From Paraphysomonas bandaiensis (Eukaryota; Protista; Chrysophyceae): 64,000 nt of DNA. The notes beneath the pieces are model-generated. The model did no database searches and was not told the origin of the DNA. It worked only from the letters and a program-made list of their open reading frames with translations. Positions 1 to 13,638 of this stretch are shown one piece after another. Location of the stretch: assembly GCA_965644295.1 (NCBI GenBank), contig CBFFRP010000149.1:186001-250000 (forward strand). The letters are read 5' to 3'. Positions within the stretch are counted from its first letter, which is position 1. Each line of letters opens with the position of its first letter. Made by a program: the position numbers and the translations under genes.

Positions 1-1340
1 AGGGGAAGCTCAAAGGTCCTATGACACTCGAGAAACGAATCCTGCCCTGGGTGTTCGAGGTTGCAGGTGGAAGCATGGTTTAATTTGAGTATCAACATCC
101 CTTACGTTCTGTTTTAAAGGAGAGCCATTGTTGATCCCGATTTTCTGATTATGCAAATACGTGCTATAATGAGTACGTTGAAATGTATATTGAAAGTATA
201 CTGATTACTTGTGGTTCAGCGGCTGGAATCAATGTGATGAAGAATGGAAAACCTGTTAGCCTTGATGTTCTTGTACCGATGCTCACTTCTGAACATGAGG
301 TATTAATTGATTAAAGTTTTATACGATTGTATTATTGGTATTTATCAACAATCGTCAGTTGGAAATGGTTATCGAAACAATCAACTCTGCTACGGACAAG
401 GTATTTGCTATAGCCTGTAGCGTATATGTATTCGACTCATGCTTGGTATACAGATTTTTGAGGAGAAAGGGGCCAAAATTGAATTCCGTATTGGTGCCAT
501 TATCGAGGTCATTGTTAGCTTTTGTGAGAGACTGATTTCATTTTGCTAATAGACCCCTCGCGCCTGTCTTCGCGCCAACAAAATCGTAAAAACGGTAGCA
601 CTATATGAAGGGATTTCAGTTCTGACCAAGATTATGTAGGAGGGGCTTGGACTCGTTGTATTTGGTCTTGACCGACTCACCGAGCTGACATGTGGACTCT
701 CAAAGTGCTATATAGCTTCATACACAATGGCAATAATTCACACCTTTCTACTAGGGATGACACTAAAGAGATGATTGCTACGTATAACGCGCAGGGAATC
801 ATTCATAAGGGTATGAGTTGATAGAACATGTTCACAGGAAGCTTGTAATGATCTAGTGATTGTGTGTCTAGACCCCTTCCGTGCCCTCGATAAGCGTGGC
901 GTTGGAGCCCTTCTAACAGCTGGGGTACGCTTAGTCCGGTAAGTTTGACGTTGCATAGTCTAGTTGATAGCAACACGTATCATGTATAAATCGCAGAACG
1001 ACTATTGGTACTATGCCCATTGGGGTTTTTGGCAGTCAATGTGGCCATAGGAAAGCTATCGACTACTTTGATAAGTTGAACTTAGATTTCGTGAGTTTTG
1101 TCAATTACAATGCTATGATAAATTTATGTATCCTGTTTCAATGAGCAGATTGTAAGTTCTATCAATCAAATTCCTTCGGTGAAAATTAGTTGTGCCCAAG
1201 CCTACATCACCGCGATGAAAGGTATGTGCTGTTGCTGCCAATATATGATAATGATGTTATCAGAATCCAAACCGATGTGGTTCGAAGATTCACGAGAAGG
1301 CTTCTTGGAGGATTTCCCGGCCTACCCCTTTCTTATTTAA
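1..1340 (+). CDS. Pyruvate phosphate dikinase-like protein, C-terminal PEP/pyruvate TIM-barrel domain; 5'-partial, about 12 short exons, degenerate active site
   Basis: Manual splicing at GT-AG gives ...ETNPALGVRGCRRAIVDPDFLIMQIRAIM...LDVLVPML...EFRIGAIIETPRACLRANKIV...VVFGLDRLTELTCGLSKDD...DPFRALDKRGVGALL...PIGVFGSQCGHRKAIDYFDKLNLDF...KISCAQAYI...YPFLI* (TAA at 1338-1340). This is collinear with the PPDK motifs ENPxLGxRGCR, MQxRAI, GTMIExPRA, FSFGTNDLTQ, DPFxxLDxxGVG, GICGEHGG and AAAQA. Missed by the ORF track because the exons are tiny. Confidence 0.88.
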
Positions 1341-1755
1341 TTGTGGGCAGAGTGGAAGCATAACAGAGGGGCGTTGAATTTTTGTTGTATCGTGGTATAT
1401 TGTTTCGATGATTTTTTGAATTCTATTCGACGTTTCGCGCATTGATTTTTTCAAGACGCTCGAGTACCAGTATTTTCGATATAATTTCATTTTGTACTCG
1501 TGTTCTTTTTCTTTTGTGTTGAATAATAAGAGGGAGTACTTTTCATTGCCTGTTTTTAAAGTAAAATAATTTTAAAGCTTTTACTGAAATCGTAACTTTA
1601 ATTACATATTACATTACTTCTTACTTTAATCAACTTCGACGTATGTAGTATATAGTATGGAATAGGAACCATATGCGTGGACGAGTACTCCTGTTCTCCT
1701 ATTACTGCTAATTTTTTAGCATTAGTCTCTTTACTCTCTCTGTATTCCTTTTTTC

Positions 1756-2024
1756 TGTCGGAAATTGCTCATTCTTAACTAGATCTCAGAGAGAATTGTC
1801 GCTAGACTAGATAGATTAATTAATATCGTTTACACAAAATGTGATTTGGCCCCAAGCATAATCTCCTCCATATGTGAACCTCTCGTTACTAAACATATCT
1901 TGAAAGTTCGAACTATTTGAGTTTCTCAATATCATCACAGCATTTGTACATCATCACCATGTATTCTCGTACTTTGTCTTCAAGTGCCACACTGAATATA
2001 CTATAATATAATCCATTTCTAATA
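1756..2024 (-). mobile_element. Solo LTR of the Ty1/copia element at 20.8-24.5 kb
   Basis: The reverse complement aligns along its length with 24203-24473 (e.g. tattagaa(t)atggat..tagtatattcagt, ttcaagatatgtt.agtaacgagaggttc.catatg, gtgtaaacgatattaat). The flanks ttttc / tttcc resemble a 5-bp TSD (4/5 match). Confidence 0.8.
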
Positions 2025-2795
2025 TTTCCGTGCATTCATTTTACGTTAAGATTTACACATGAGATTTTTCAATCTCTAACCAGTCTTAAGTATGAACGAT
2101 CCAGGCGATATCATTAAATTATCACAAATATTATGGCTAACCAGCCTTGTGAAGAAAACTACTTTTACATAATTCGTAAAGGAATGTTTGCCACCTTTCT
2201 GCCAACAGATCACTTACTTTTAGTTAAAAGATATAGCACGGTGTTGTCAATTACACTTTCCACAAAGCATACAACTGTTTTCACACACGTCATATATGTA
2301 ATTACTTTATTAGCTAGTATATATGAAGTACGTGTATCACACCGGTGCAATACCACTTCAACATTAGGCGATATGAAACTATCATATTTTCTCAGTAAAG
2401 ATTACAAAGAAAACTTTAATGATATATTACAATAATAATTCATTGTCATGACGACAGAAGAAAAGAGTTGAACTGATGTATTATGTGTGTGTTATGTCGA
2501 TATATCAGAGCAGTAGAGACATGTAACTGCTGGGCTAATCAGTTCAATAGAGAGCTGATGAGAGATATGCAATACGTGTTTATACATAACGAATAGTCAG
2601 TAAAGATTGACATGAATTATACATATGGCGATGTGTATGTATGAGATTGGATGACTTCCACAACTGTTGTGTAATTATCAGTGACACAATTGACGACAGA
2701 TACTTACCATCCATATATGGCCATAAGTACTCAGAAGCAAGTAAAGAAGATTGTCCGAACTAACGCATCATATCAGAGCATATGTATGTATGTTG

Positions 2796-2932
2796 TATCA
2801 GGCATCCTTTGTATATTTTTGTTCAGAGATGCCTCTAATATTGAGACAACAATTATCTGTATTCTAGCCGTAGTTGCATTGCAGTAATATAGACGAATTT
2901 TGCTTCAATTTATTTCCGAAAACCACGATGCA
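2796..2932 (+). mobile_element. About 145-bp MITE-like interspersed repeat, family A, copy 1
   Basis: Core ggcatcctttgtatatttttgttc..gatgcctctaatattgagacaacaattatctgtatt..agccgtagttg...ttcaatttatttccgaaaa, shared with five other copies in the window. Confidence 0.8.
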
Positions 2933-4427
2933 TACGGTGTTCGTACTGTAGATATTCACTCCACACTGTACATTGCATCAGTGGTATTCATGTATATGTA
3001 TGTATGTACGAAGATTAATAACATTGTGGGATACACTTCTCTTTTCCAATTATAATTCTTACATTATATATGATTGGATCATTTATAGGCACGGACAGCG
3101 AATCATTATATATACAACACATATGATTGCAAGACAATACTTGATTTTCATCAAATCATAATATTTTCGAATTATTTGGTTGGCTGATAATCACCTATTC
3201 CTCTTTTGTCCTGGGTGTGTTATATAACTCTCCATATGAGCAATCTCATAACAAGCACTTGAGTGATATAGATGCCCTCATTACATTGTGATGTGCATGG
3301 GCTATTGGCCTATAGTGTAGAAAGATGCATCTTTTTGATATTGTGTCAATTGCAGTGGCATTCAACTATTAATATTATCATTTGAATTCTATTTAAAGGC
3401 ACTCATACGACTGTAACATACAGTTGGATGACAGACAGTTTAACATTATGCTGAGAGTACTCATTACACCCGAAAAGAATAATCTACTACTGTTAATTAA
3501 GAAAATACTATCCTTCACAGGTTATTATGGCCGAAATACCTTAAAAATACATCCTGTTAACATATCTCAAAGAAGTGTTGCATTAGAAGAAGAAATGTCC
3601 GCTCATGTAGATATAGTGAGTGAAGCATCTGTCGATCATACTCCTGAACTATCGGTTAGAGATAGACATATGTTTGATATTAAGGAGGCTGATGTTGAAA
3701 TTACGACATCATCTACGGAATGAGTGGTATGAGGCGTTGCTTTACTCAGTTCCCAAAACAGTTATTAATATTTACCATTTAGTATTTAAGCTATTAGTGT
3801 TTTATCTGTTGTCTATTATACCTGTCACATCTATTATTTTTAATTTTGCTTGCAAACAATTACTTTTTAACCTACTGGTCATACAACATCTACTTGTCAT
3901 TGTTGCTTCAATCTTCAATGATTTAGAGTTCAGAGATATTGCATCATTGGTAGGTATTTACTCTTCAGTCATAATATGAATGCAGCACTTGTGATTGAAT
4001 TTAATTTCTCTACGTTATTGTTCTATAGAAATAAATTATGGTTGTGAAGCTTTTGTTGTTGTTGTTGTGTGTGTATTTCAAACAGTTGACTGAAGTTTAT
4101 ATGTTACGAAACTGTTGAACTGCCGACAACTTATCGGCTGAAGTAGCACTCTATGAACTACATTTATTTCGTATTTAATCAATACATACATGGTTTTTCT
4201 GTTTCTATACCAGTGTATTATTTAATCAAAAATATCATTTCAAAACATATTACTATAATAAGTCATTCCACATAGCTATACTGTGAATCATGCATAGGCT
4301 TTGAACATGTTGTGATTACTATAAACACTAGAGAACAGTCATTTCAACACATGTTATCATCTTATGAAGTCGTCACATAAAGGCGATACATCGCAAGTAA
4401 GCGAAGACAAGCTGTAAGAAATAGGAA

Positions 4428-6588
4428 CTAGCGGAATTCAGACACTAATATGGTCGAGTCTGCTTTTTGTTTGAGGTTAGCCTCTCTCATCGCCAGCACA
4501 GCATTAACTTCACTGACATTACTATTGGATGACGCCTTCCTTAAATAATCAAGCTGTGACTTAACCTTTTCTCTGGATGTATTCACCGTCGGAACTACTC
4601 TTTGAGGGCTACAGCAGATGTCACAAAGAGTATCAAATCCGACAACAGTATACATACCTGTACAACCTGATAAATTCAACTAACTCTGTAAAACTGCTGT
4701 GCTCTGAGTAGGGCACAGAGTATATCACGTTCCCGTCCTTTCGCCTAGGTTTCACTATATCTTCTGACTTATGCGAGGAAACTTGACGAGACGAATTTCC
4801 CGGGGACCTGCCACTGTAAGACCATCCAGTTGGCTGAAAGGCAACCACGCGACGACAACCTTCCTTTTTGCTCCGCAATTTGCTCAAGGCATCGAAGTTG
4901 AGACTGTTCATTGGCACTACCCACAACCATGTGGCATTCGGGTCAGTTGTCAGGCGGGCATGGTCCTTCATTGGCCAATCATAGCACAGCATAGTCTTCC
5001 AACGTGTCTTGTCCACATGTACCTTCATTTCATGCTCTTCCGCAACAGACATATATACACGCTCTTTGCCAATACCGTAAGCACCAAATACAAAGAGTGT
5101 AGATGCAATTTTCATTTCCTCTCTGACACACTGCTTCACGGCATCGATCTGAAAAAATAACTGAGCGGTACACATGGATATTTCACTGGAGCATATGTAA
5201 CATTTCCTCAGTACATATTACGTATACCATATGCGTAGATTGGTATATAACAACATATCACAAGTCAGTACTCACCGCCTCTCTCTGAGCAGGGAAAACG
5301 TGGGCAGGGTCACAGTAAGTAGTGTCCAGATAAACCGTCAAATTCCGCTCATTGTCACTACTATTTGCCTGAGCAACATATGAGGTGCATTATGCAATCA
5401 CACATAACACAATATTCTAGCGTACCAGCCATTTCAACGTCTTTGATGATTGCAAAAGATCGTCACACCATCTGAAATCTCCAGTGTGTAAAATACGCTG
5501 TCAGAAACTAAGTCAGGCACACTGATATTGCATTATAGAAACGAACACTACCTTGCCATTGTGAAATACAAATAAGATGCAGACAGCTCCTGGGCAGTGA
5601 TTAGCCTCTGTGAGGGTGACCTCCACAGGGTACCCGCCACAGAGGATAGTATGTTTCTTCTCCAAGGCCAAGGCATGTAGATAGCAGGCCTTTACCCCAA
5701 GGCGCAGCTTCACCAAACTACACGTTGTAGGACTGCAATAGATCTTACCTGTGACTCGTTTGTTGGTTCAAATATACGAAGTCAAGGGAGTTCCTTACCA
5801 TGTGCGAAGGCTTTCGAGAGGCCTGTATAGTGGTCAGAGTGGAAGTGGGTTAGAAAGTAGCAGTCCGAAAGCGAACTACTGGCGACACTAAATCCATCAA
5901 CTATTACAGGAGTGGTCATAGGTGGAACTTGGATCTTTTTGTAGTCAGGGGTATAGCTGTAAGTGGGCTCTGAATCAGACACAGTGGGAGCAGCTCTCTT
6001 TTTGCCCTTCCACTTATCCTGTCCGCGATTCCCCTTATCACCACCACCGCTTTGTGTAGCTGCACTTCCACTGGAAGCTGAACCCCACTTCACTCGTGCA
6101 TGAGCAAGGAGCACAGCATGGGCATTAGGTTTCTGCTCTTGAATATCAACTGATGTGATGCTGTCTGAAGATTCAAGAGATTGTCCTATTTGTCCTGTTT
6201 GATTCATTTCCACTTGAGTTAATACATCTTCAAAGTTTTCAGGTGATATCATTTGTAATAACTCTCTAATTCCCACACCATGTTGCTTAGCACATCGTTT
6301 AATATGTTGACATCTTGATGTTAAACCTCGTTTAGATAAATTAATATCACATATCACACATTTATAATCATTTGAACGTAAACCATAATATGTTTTATCA
6401 ATTGATTGTATTGATTGATCATTATTTTCAAGTTTATTAAGACATTCATTTAAATGTTTATCAATAAACTGAATATTCATAGATTGGAATGGGAAACCAC
6501 ATATAAAACATTCATCTGATGTATCATGATGATAAGGATTCGATTTTATTAATGATAATTTACGTTTTTTAGATATATTTGATGTCAT
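4428..6588 (-). CDS. SNM1: DNA interstrand cross-link repair nuclease, SNM1/PSO2 (DCLRE1A) family; N-terminal UBZ-like zinc fingers, metallo-beta-lactamase and beta-CASP domains; multi-exon
   Basis: Motifs YFLTHFHSDHYTGL, EANHCPGA, HTGDFR, YLDTTY, AYGIGKER, AFQPTGW, VPYSEHSSFTEL and PQRVVPTVN. N-terminal CxxC...HxxxC fingers (CFIC..HLNEC; CVIC..HIKRC). Confidence 0.93.
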
Positions 6589-7194
6589 ATTTGTAGAGTG
6601 TGTGTATGTTAATTGAATGAATTCATTGCTTGCTTTTAAAGTATAGATATATGCATGTATGTATATATAGGCATATGTTCATATGAGAATTATTGAAAAT
6701 ATCCTTCAAAAAAATAGAGAGAAAATTATCTGAAAATGAGAAAATATTATTTAGGTGAATAAAATTGGGGTATTTTATATCACAATTTACAATTTACTGT
6801 TCGAAAAACCAAATACCATAACATTTGACTCTAAAAAAACGAGTAAAAACCAGTTTCTACATAAAAAACCTTAAAATTCGATATTGAATTGAAGCTTTTA
6901 TATGTATATGAAAATCCACATACTCGGATAGGGGCGTAGATACGATACAGCTATATGATATATGTATATATATGCATAGCTATATATATACGCAGATCTT
7001 ATGATCACTATCACTAAGAGTTTCATATATAGAAGAGTAAGATATATCTCACATAAGTTCTTTATAATACCCATCCTGTGATACTTGATGTGATCTCTTA
7101 CCCACTATTCATTCACTAACACCTCATATACTACACATATATCATTAAGTGAACTGAAACACATACATTACCACACATACTCATACATACATCT

Positions 7195-9280
7195 ATGTTC
7201 CCATCATTCTCATCACATCTAATCACTATATTCTTTATTCTCTCTATTACATATATGGAAACTATAGCTCAGAGTCCGAATATAGTGATAATTCTTGTGG
7301 ATGATGTCGGATGGAATGACTTTAGTTATAACACTGACAGCACGTCCCTCATATCAACACCTAATATTGATAAAATATCTTCTACTGGTGTTCGACTTAA
7401 AAATCAATATGTTCAAGCAACATGTACACCTACGGTAATATGTAGATGTAAGATATTTTTGAGGCTAATGATTGACTGACAGCGTGCGAGTCTACTGACT
7501 GGGCGCTATGCTGCCAATGTAGGGCTAATATTCGCGATGGTTCCTGGTTCTCCCGCAGGCCTGCCCACTGATATTCCTACAATGCCGCAGTTATTGAAAG
7601 AAAAGGGATACGATACTATAATGGTTGGTAAATGGTAGGTTTATCGACATGTATGGATATCTGAATGCTCAAGTCTTCAACTTACAGGCACCTGGGACAT
7701 TCCCAGTGGGCACAAACACCTGTTGGCCGTGGGTTTGACGAGCATATCGGTAAGTATATATGACGGAGAAAAATCATTATTTCATAATGTATGCAGGGAG
7801 TTACATGTGGGATCTTGACAGTTATACGAAACAGCAATATGAGCTTCCCTTTGAGCCATTGACTGTAGATTGGGTACATGCGTATGCCAACGGCAGCTAC
7901 AACCACTACGCCGAACCCCGTCACGCCACCGAAGCTATTACCCAAGATGCAATAGAAGTCATATCTAAACATGGAGGCAAGCCTAACCCGTTGTTTCTAT
8001 ACGTAGCCTACACTGCTGCACACTCTCCACTACAACCTTTGCCTAGACACGAACCGCCATGTGCTCATATACCTCATCTCTGGCGGCGCCAGTTCTGTGG
8101 CATGGTTCGTGGGCTAGATGAGGGAATATACAACCTCACAGAGGCTATGAAACAACATTTAGGAGAAAACACTATATTGTATGTGCTGAGTGATAATGGC
8201 GGTAGCACATGGTTCGGAGGATCGAATACTCCGTACAGGGGCGGAAAGAGCACACCCCTTGAAGGAGGAGTGAAGGTCCCTGCGTTTCTAGTTGATTATA
8301 CTTCAGACCAACGGTATCTTGGAGTTCGATATGCGTTGGAGGAGCCAGTGGATGGAGTTAATTATGTCACACAAGCACATCTCATCGGTAGAGAATACCA
8401 CGGTCTGATACACTCCGCCGACATCCTTCCCACCATAATGGGTTTTGCCGGTGCGAAAGACTTAAGTACATCCGTAGACAACTTGGATGGTTTTGATATG
8501 GGAAATGCTCTTCGTAGTGGCACGCATGACAGTCCACGCAAAGAGATGCTTCTAGAACTCTATAATGCCGACGAATTCGTGTTCCGCAACGAGTCGATGA
8601 AGTCATACCGAATCGGGGACCTCAAATTGGTCGAGGGCATAGTTAGGGACCCCCATATGCACTATGAGTCGGTTGTTGACTGTATTAACAGCTCTGATTC
8701 AACGCAAGTTACAAAGTATGGGGAAAAAGCTCTGCGTGCACTAGAATGGATATTTGGAAGCGGGCCATTCGATAATACGAGGATTGTTATCACTCACAGG
8801 GTGGTGCACCTACTCTTGCTGCGACCTCAGAAGACTGGATTGGAACCTACTTTAAGATTATACAATCTCTCGTCTGATCCGACCGAGTCTCATAACATTG
8901 CTTCAGAGAATATGGCCATCGTTAATACCATGCGACAACGGTTGATGGAGATAGAGAAGAAACGACCGTACCAGCAACCTTTCTGGATGCAATATGACCT
9001 ACAGACGTACTGGTACAAGACTTTCGTATCTGGAGACTGCTCTATGAATTCCCGTATTCCTGACCGCCACTGTCATTTTACGCACCCATGGTTGCCAGAC
9101 GATGTGGACGCGTGGAGAGATCTACCAACTCTCACCAATAGTGTCGACTACGCTGACAGACGTGGTAGAGAGGTTTATATACCAGTGATTATCTGTGTAG
9201 CAGTCCTAGTTGCCCTGTTTCTATATGTCATTTGTGGAATGTTATTGAAGAGAAAAGTTGAGAAGAAGAAACGAAACTGA
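7195..9280 (+). CDS. Arylsulfatase (ARSB/I/J-like) with signal peptide, C-terminal TM helix and KKXX-like tail; multi-exon
   Basis: PNIVIILVDDVGWND; sulfatase signature CTPT|RASLLTGRY across intron 1; MVGKW|HLG; AAHSPLQ; SDNGG; GGKSTPLEGG; LYNLSSDPTE; hydrophobic VYIPVIICVAVLVALFLYVICGMLL followed by KRKVEKKKRN*. Confidence 0.93.
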
Positions 9281-10705
9281 GGAATTGATACCTGTAACTA
9301 CTATTTAACCTGAACATCGTATGTGGCATCTTTATTATTTCTTATTAGGATTCAGCTTAATACATGATTGTATCTGTGAGTTATAATGTTCAATGAAATA
9401 TACCATGAACTGAATTAGAGAGAGTATCTGTCGAAGATACGTGATCGTCATCATAACGTCGTCATTATCAGTTACACTTCTAACTATTCCGTTGTGCATG
9501 ATAGCTACGTTCTATATTGTTATTTATAATTTTCACTCTATCGTGTTAATTACTTACATAATAATCACAACATTGTTTTACTATTATAAAGATCAATTCT
9601 TTATTTTTCTGCTGTTTCTCTATTACTTCTCTGAGATACTTTATACTTGTGCAGAAATTCAATCACACTTATACTATGTACACCTATGTATACCTTGTTG
9701 AAGTATTAATACTGATCCACTATTACGATATATACCTATACTAGACACAAGAAACACTCATACTACATGCATGCTTGAGCTACATGTACATATTGCTTAC
9801 TTAGCCACTGTATTACTTAGTATTACTCCTGTGACAGTTACTCAGTTTTTCTAGTTATTCAACATAGTTGGTAGTCACAAGTAACAAGTAGTAAAAGACT
9901 TACTATTTCCTATTTCCATAAACACAATTATATCGAGCAATATTTCATTGAACTTAAAAGCTGTAAAAGTATCAGTTTTCAGTATAAATATCAATTTACT
10001 TCATCCTCTTCCTGAATTCATAGACCAAGTATGGACAATCTCTACTGATGTAGCTATGTATTAATTCAGGTATGGTGATATACGACCTCAGCTTATCTTA
10101 TACTAGCAGACTCGATTGCAGTAGATAGTACTATCTACAAGCTCACTGTACAAGTCAAGTCAAGGTGGTAAGTGGTCAACACATATTTCTTATCAGAGTC
10201 CACATACTCGTATATAATTCAGATATATTACTATAATATGTTATATATTATATACAGTTACACGCTATGATAATATATCAATGAGGAATATAAATAGTAA
10301 AGCAGATCGAAGCGCTGCATTAGAAAAAATCATGAAGCGTGTAAGTCACCCGAACCTCTTTATGGCTCAGGTGAGAGAGGTTTTGTGACATCTTCATTAC
10401 TTCTTCTATTGGTCAGTGTAATCCAAGCATAGGTTTCTATGGCATAGAGATGTTCGAGGGATGTAAACGATCTGACACATCACCTCGAAGAGTTTATACT
10501 GTATCAGTTTGGTTGAGAAGAATGCTATACTAGGCCTCTACAGGGCATTTCATATAGGTCAATATATTGCTAATATTACAAGAGAGTATGTGGATATTAT
10601 ACACACAATGAACCTTCCATGACAACAAAGAAAAATCCAATGCATTATTTCCGCCAATCATATCTTCTCTCGTTTTCGCTTAGCTCGTTTTTTCACGACA
10701 CTGTC

Positions 10706-11028
10706 ATGTATGTATGTATGTATGTATGTATGTATGTATGTATGTATGTATGTATGTATGTATGTATGTATGTATGTATGTATGTATGTATGTATGTATG
10801 TATGTATGTATGTATGTATGTATGTATGTATGTATGTATGTATGTATGTATGTATGTATGTATGTATGTATGTATGTATGTATGTATGTATGTATGTATG
10901 TATGTATGTATGTATGTATGTATGTATGTATGTATGTATGTATGTATGTATGTATGTATGTATGTATGTATGTATGTATGTATGTATGTATGTATGTATG
11001 TATGTATGTATGTATGTATGTATGTATG

Positions 11029-11058
<30 letters not shown>
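10706..11058. repeat. (TATG)n tetranucleotide microsatellite, about 350 bp
   Basis: Perfect tandem TATG; produces the spurious MYVC/HTYI ORFs. Confidence 0.99.
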
Positions 11059-11059
<1 letters not shown>

Positions 11060-11229
11060 CAAGTGTTTCACGTCGAATGCAGAATCATCTATTAGGAACA
11101 CTTCATCTATTAGTGCTGGTGAACCCTCACATCGCTACATCTCCTCGGAGTGTACTAATAATATGATGATATTTATGTAATACATCTTTCTATTATTATA
11201 TGAATAATTCACCATTCCTATAATTCTAT

Positions 11230-12946
11230 ATGGGGAATTCCAGTAGTCGTCGTTCAAAGGGACCGGAAACAACCGACCCAACGACACCCACCGGGTACAT
11301 ATATATATATATGTATATATAATCTGATATGTATATATATAGACTGTATGAGTCTTGTGCATGGGATCAAAGGATTGTTACACGTATGATAGCAGAGAAA
11401 AAGATTGCTCCTAGATATAAAGGCTCAGGAGTGGAGTCACCGGACACAGAGGAGTGTCCTATATGTTTCTTGGTAATAAGATAGTGATATATATCTCATT
11501 AGCTCATATAATATGTATATATATAGAATTATAAAGCTGTGAATAGCGCCTCATGTTGTAGGAATTATATATGTACAGGTTTGTGATCGAGATGTTTGTT
11601 GATGGTTTGTAATGGTACTGTTAGAATGCTACCTTCAGGTTAAAGTACCAAGAGGCATATCAACGTGTCCATTCTGCAGTAGTTCTTCATTTGGTGTGAC
11701 ATATACCCCTAAAGCCTCCACTTCAACACCTGGTCCTGGAACCAAATCTTCATCTAGCACACCTCAGCGACCAGCAGCTCAACCAAGCGCATCATCTACC
11801 CCTGTCAGCATACCACATGCATCTTCCCCTCCTATAACCCCTGCTCCTCCTTCATCTCCCGCCTCCAGCCCCCCCGTTATGTCTGCAGAGTCTCGACGTC
11901 TACTGGAGGAGGAAATGCGCAATCAACGGTGGGACAGGATATCTAGTGACTCTTACGTCACTCCTCGTTCAGACCGAACTGCATGGTCTGGAGGAAGACG
12001 TAGTGCATCTGGAAGGAGTCGCAATGGTGAAGAGAGCCGGAATAGTAGTGGTCGTTATGGTTCTCGCGGCCGTGGGCGGGCGGGGCAGCATACTTTAGAG
12101 AGTGTGCGATGGCCCGATGGAGTCACCGATGGTGGTAGCAATCTCCTGGATCTCGGTCAGATTGAAGAAATGATGCTTATGGAGGTAAGCGACGTACAAC
12201 ATTATGCGTTTATTAGCTCTTCTGTATATCTTGTTTGTGAATATTGACATGCTACGCTTCAGGCTATTCGATTATCTATGAGTGAGACCGAACGCTCTCC
12301 AACTCAGGAAGATAGCAAGATGTCATCGACTGATGATGTAGGCCTGGCGGATGGAGATATTGACCTCGAACTTGCTGATGAAGAAACACTACTACAGTAT
12401 GCACTTAGTCTATCCACAGCTGAGCAGGGCCCAGGGAATTCTACTACTAGTGAAGTGGACCTATCTGGCAGTACTGGCATTGACACTGAGGGCACACTCA
12501 CTACTCAGAGCGTCGCACGCCTTGACCTCGATGTCTCAGTAGACCAGGCATCGCTGGTAATGCACGCGGCGGATTCAGTAGAGGAGGACTCAAAGGGCAT
12601 ACCCCTCTCCACCTCCGCTCAGCGGCTCATGAGCATGATTGATGAAGCTCTTAGCACACCTCCAGGGAGTGCCGGAAAGCCCCCCGCAGCCTCTTCTGCG
12701 TCATCTGTCGATGAGGACTCTTCTAGCAATCTAAAATCACCAGAACAACATAATGAAGGCGATAGCTACAAGGAAACGGCCGTCGATGAGGAAAATGACT
12801 CCTCTACTTTTCAGCTGAAACCATCTGCGGATGCTACATATTCCTCCAGTACGAATGGAAGTGGGCCGCACAGCGACACTGATGGGAACCAGCATACTGG
12901 AGCTATAGTGAATACTCTGGACATGGATGACAACACCCATTCTTAG
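11230..12946 (+). CDS. SIP5/DA2/GW2-like RING E3 ligase with N-myristoylation motif and two UIM-like motifs; 5 exons
   Basis: Spliced: MGNSSSRR...PTG|LYESCAWDQRIVTRMIAEKKIAPRYKG...EECPICFL|NYKAVNSASCCRNYICT|ECYLQVK...CPFC. UIM-like IEEMMLME|AIRLSM and DEETLLQYALSLS. Confidence 0.85.
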
Positions 12947-13638
12947 CGTTCAACTACAGACAGTTAACTTGTTGCATACTATGAATGCCCGTTGTAAGGC
13001 TTGCCGCAATCCGTTATTCCACTGCCGATCTATAATATCGGTGTTGTCTTGCTACTTTTCTATGCTTTCTTCTTTTTCTTCATATCAAAGTTTGACAAGA
13101 CAGGCAAACCTCTGTTCTATACCTCTATGATTCTGCACCACTCTTCGTTGGTTGTGTACAGGGCGAGTCATGCTCACTTTAATAATTATTTGTTTACCAT
13201 ATTGAAGAATTATGTGTTCCCTCCACCGCTTTACAGCCGTTAAGCAGTATGCTACCTGAATTTATATAGTGTTAATGTTTCAATGGAAGAACACGAGTAC
13301 AAGAGTATAACTTCTATTATTTTTTCACCGATATCAAGTTGGAAAGCTCTTGACACACTCGTTACGCCTTACGCAGGGAAGGTTGTATTAGAACCATCAA
13401 CAGTACATATGCAATGTCTGAGAGACAACCTGTGTTGTGTGTATCATCTAATTGTAGGCTGCATACTACGTCGTACGTGGATAACATAATACTAGCATGC
13501 TCTGATATTAAAGTGTTGTAGTCGACTTGACATGCCAGAAATGTGTGAAACTGAATATATCTTAAATGTTGGAATCACTCTATAGAAGTGTTGTGAAATT
13601 ATTAGATAAGTACACACACAAGTCCAGCAGCACTGTAT

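Noticed and set aside
2133-3979. Short ORFs between PPDK-like and SNM1
   Set aside because: No recognisable motifs, AT-rich, one is just MITE-A sequence; no coherent exon chain could be built.
4771-5160. Antisense and alternate-frame ORFs overlapping real genes (e.g. 4771-5160, 17889-18227, 33683-34123, 37018-37599, 52773-53078)
   Set aside because: Shadows of well-supported coding regions with no independent motifs.
10706-11058. TACA/TATG tracts as telomeric repeats
   Set aside because: They are internal, occur in both orientations, lack G-runs and are associated with gene 5' ends.
10619-11180. ORFs of MYVC/HTYI repeats (also at 37.8-38.4, 48.9-49.4 and 51.4-52.4 kb)
   Set aside because: Translation artefacts of (TATG/TACA)n, which has no stop codon in any frame.
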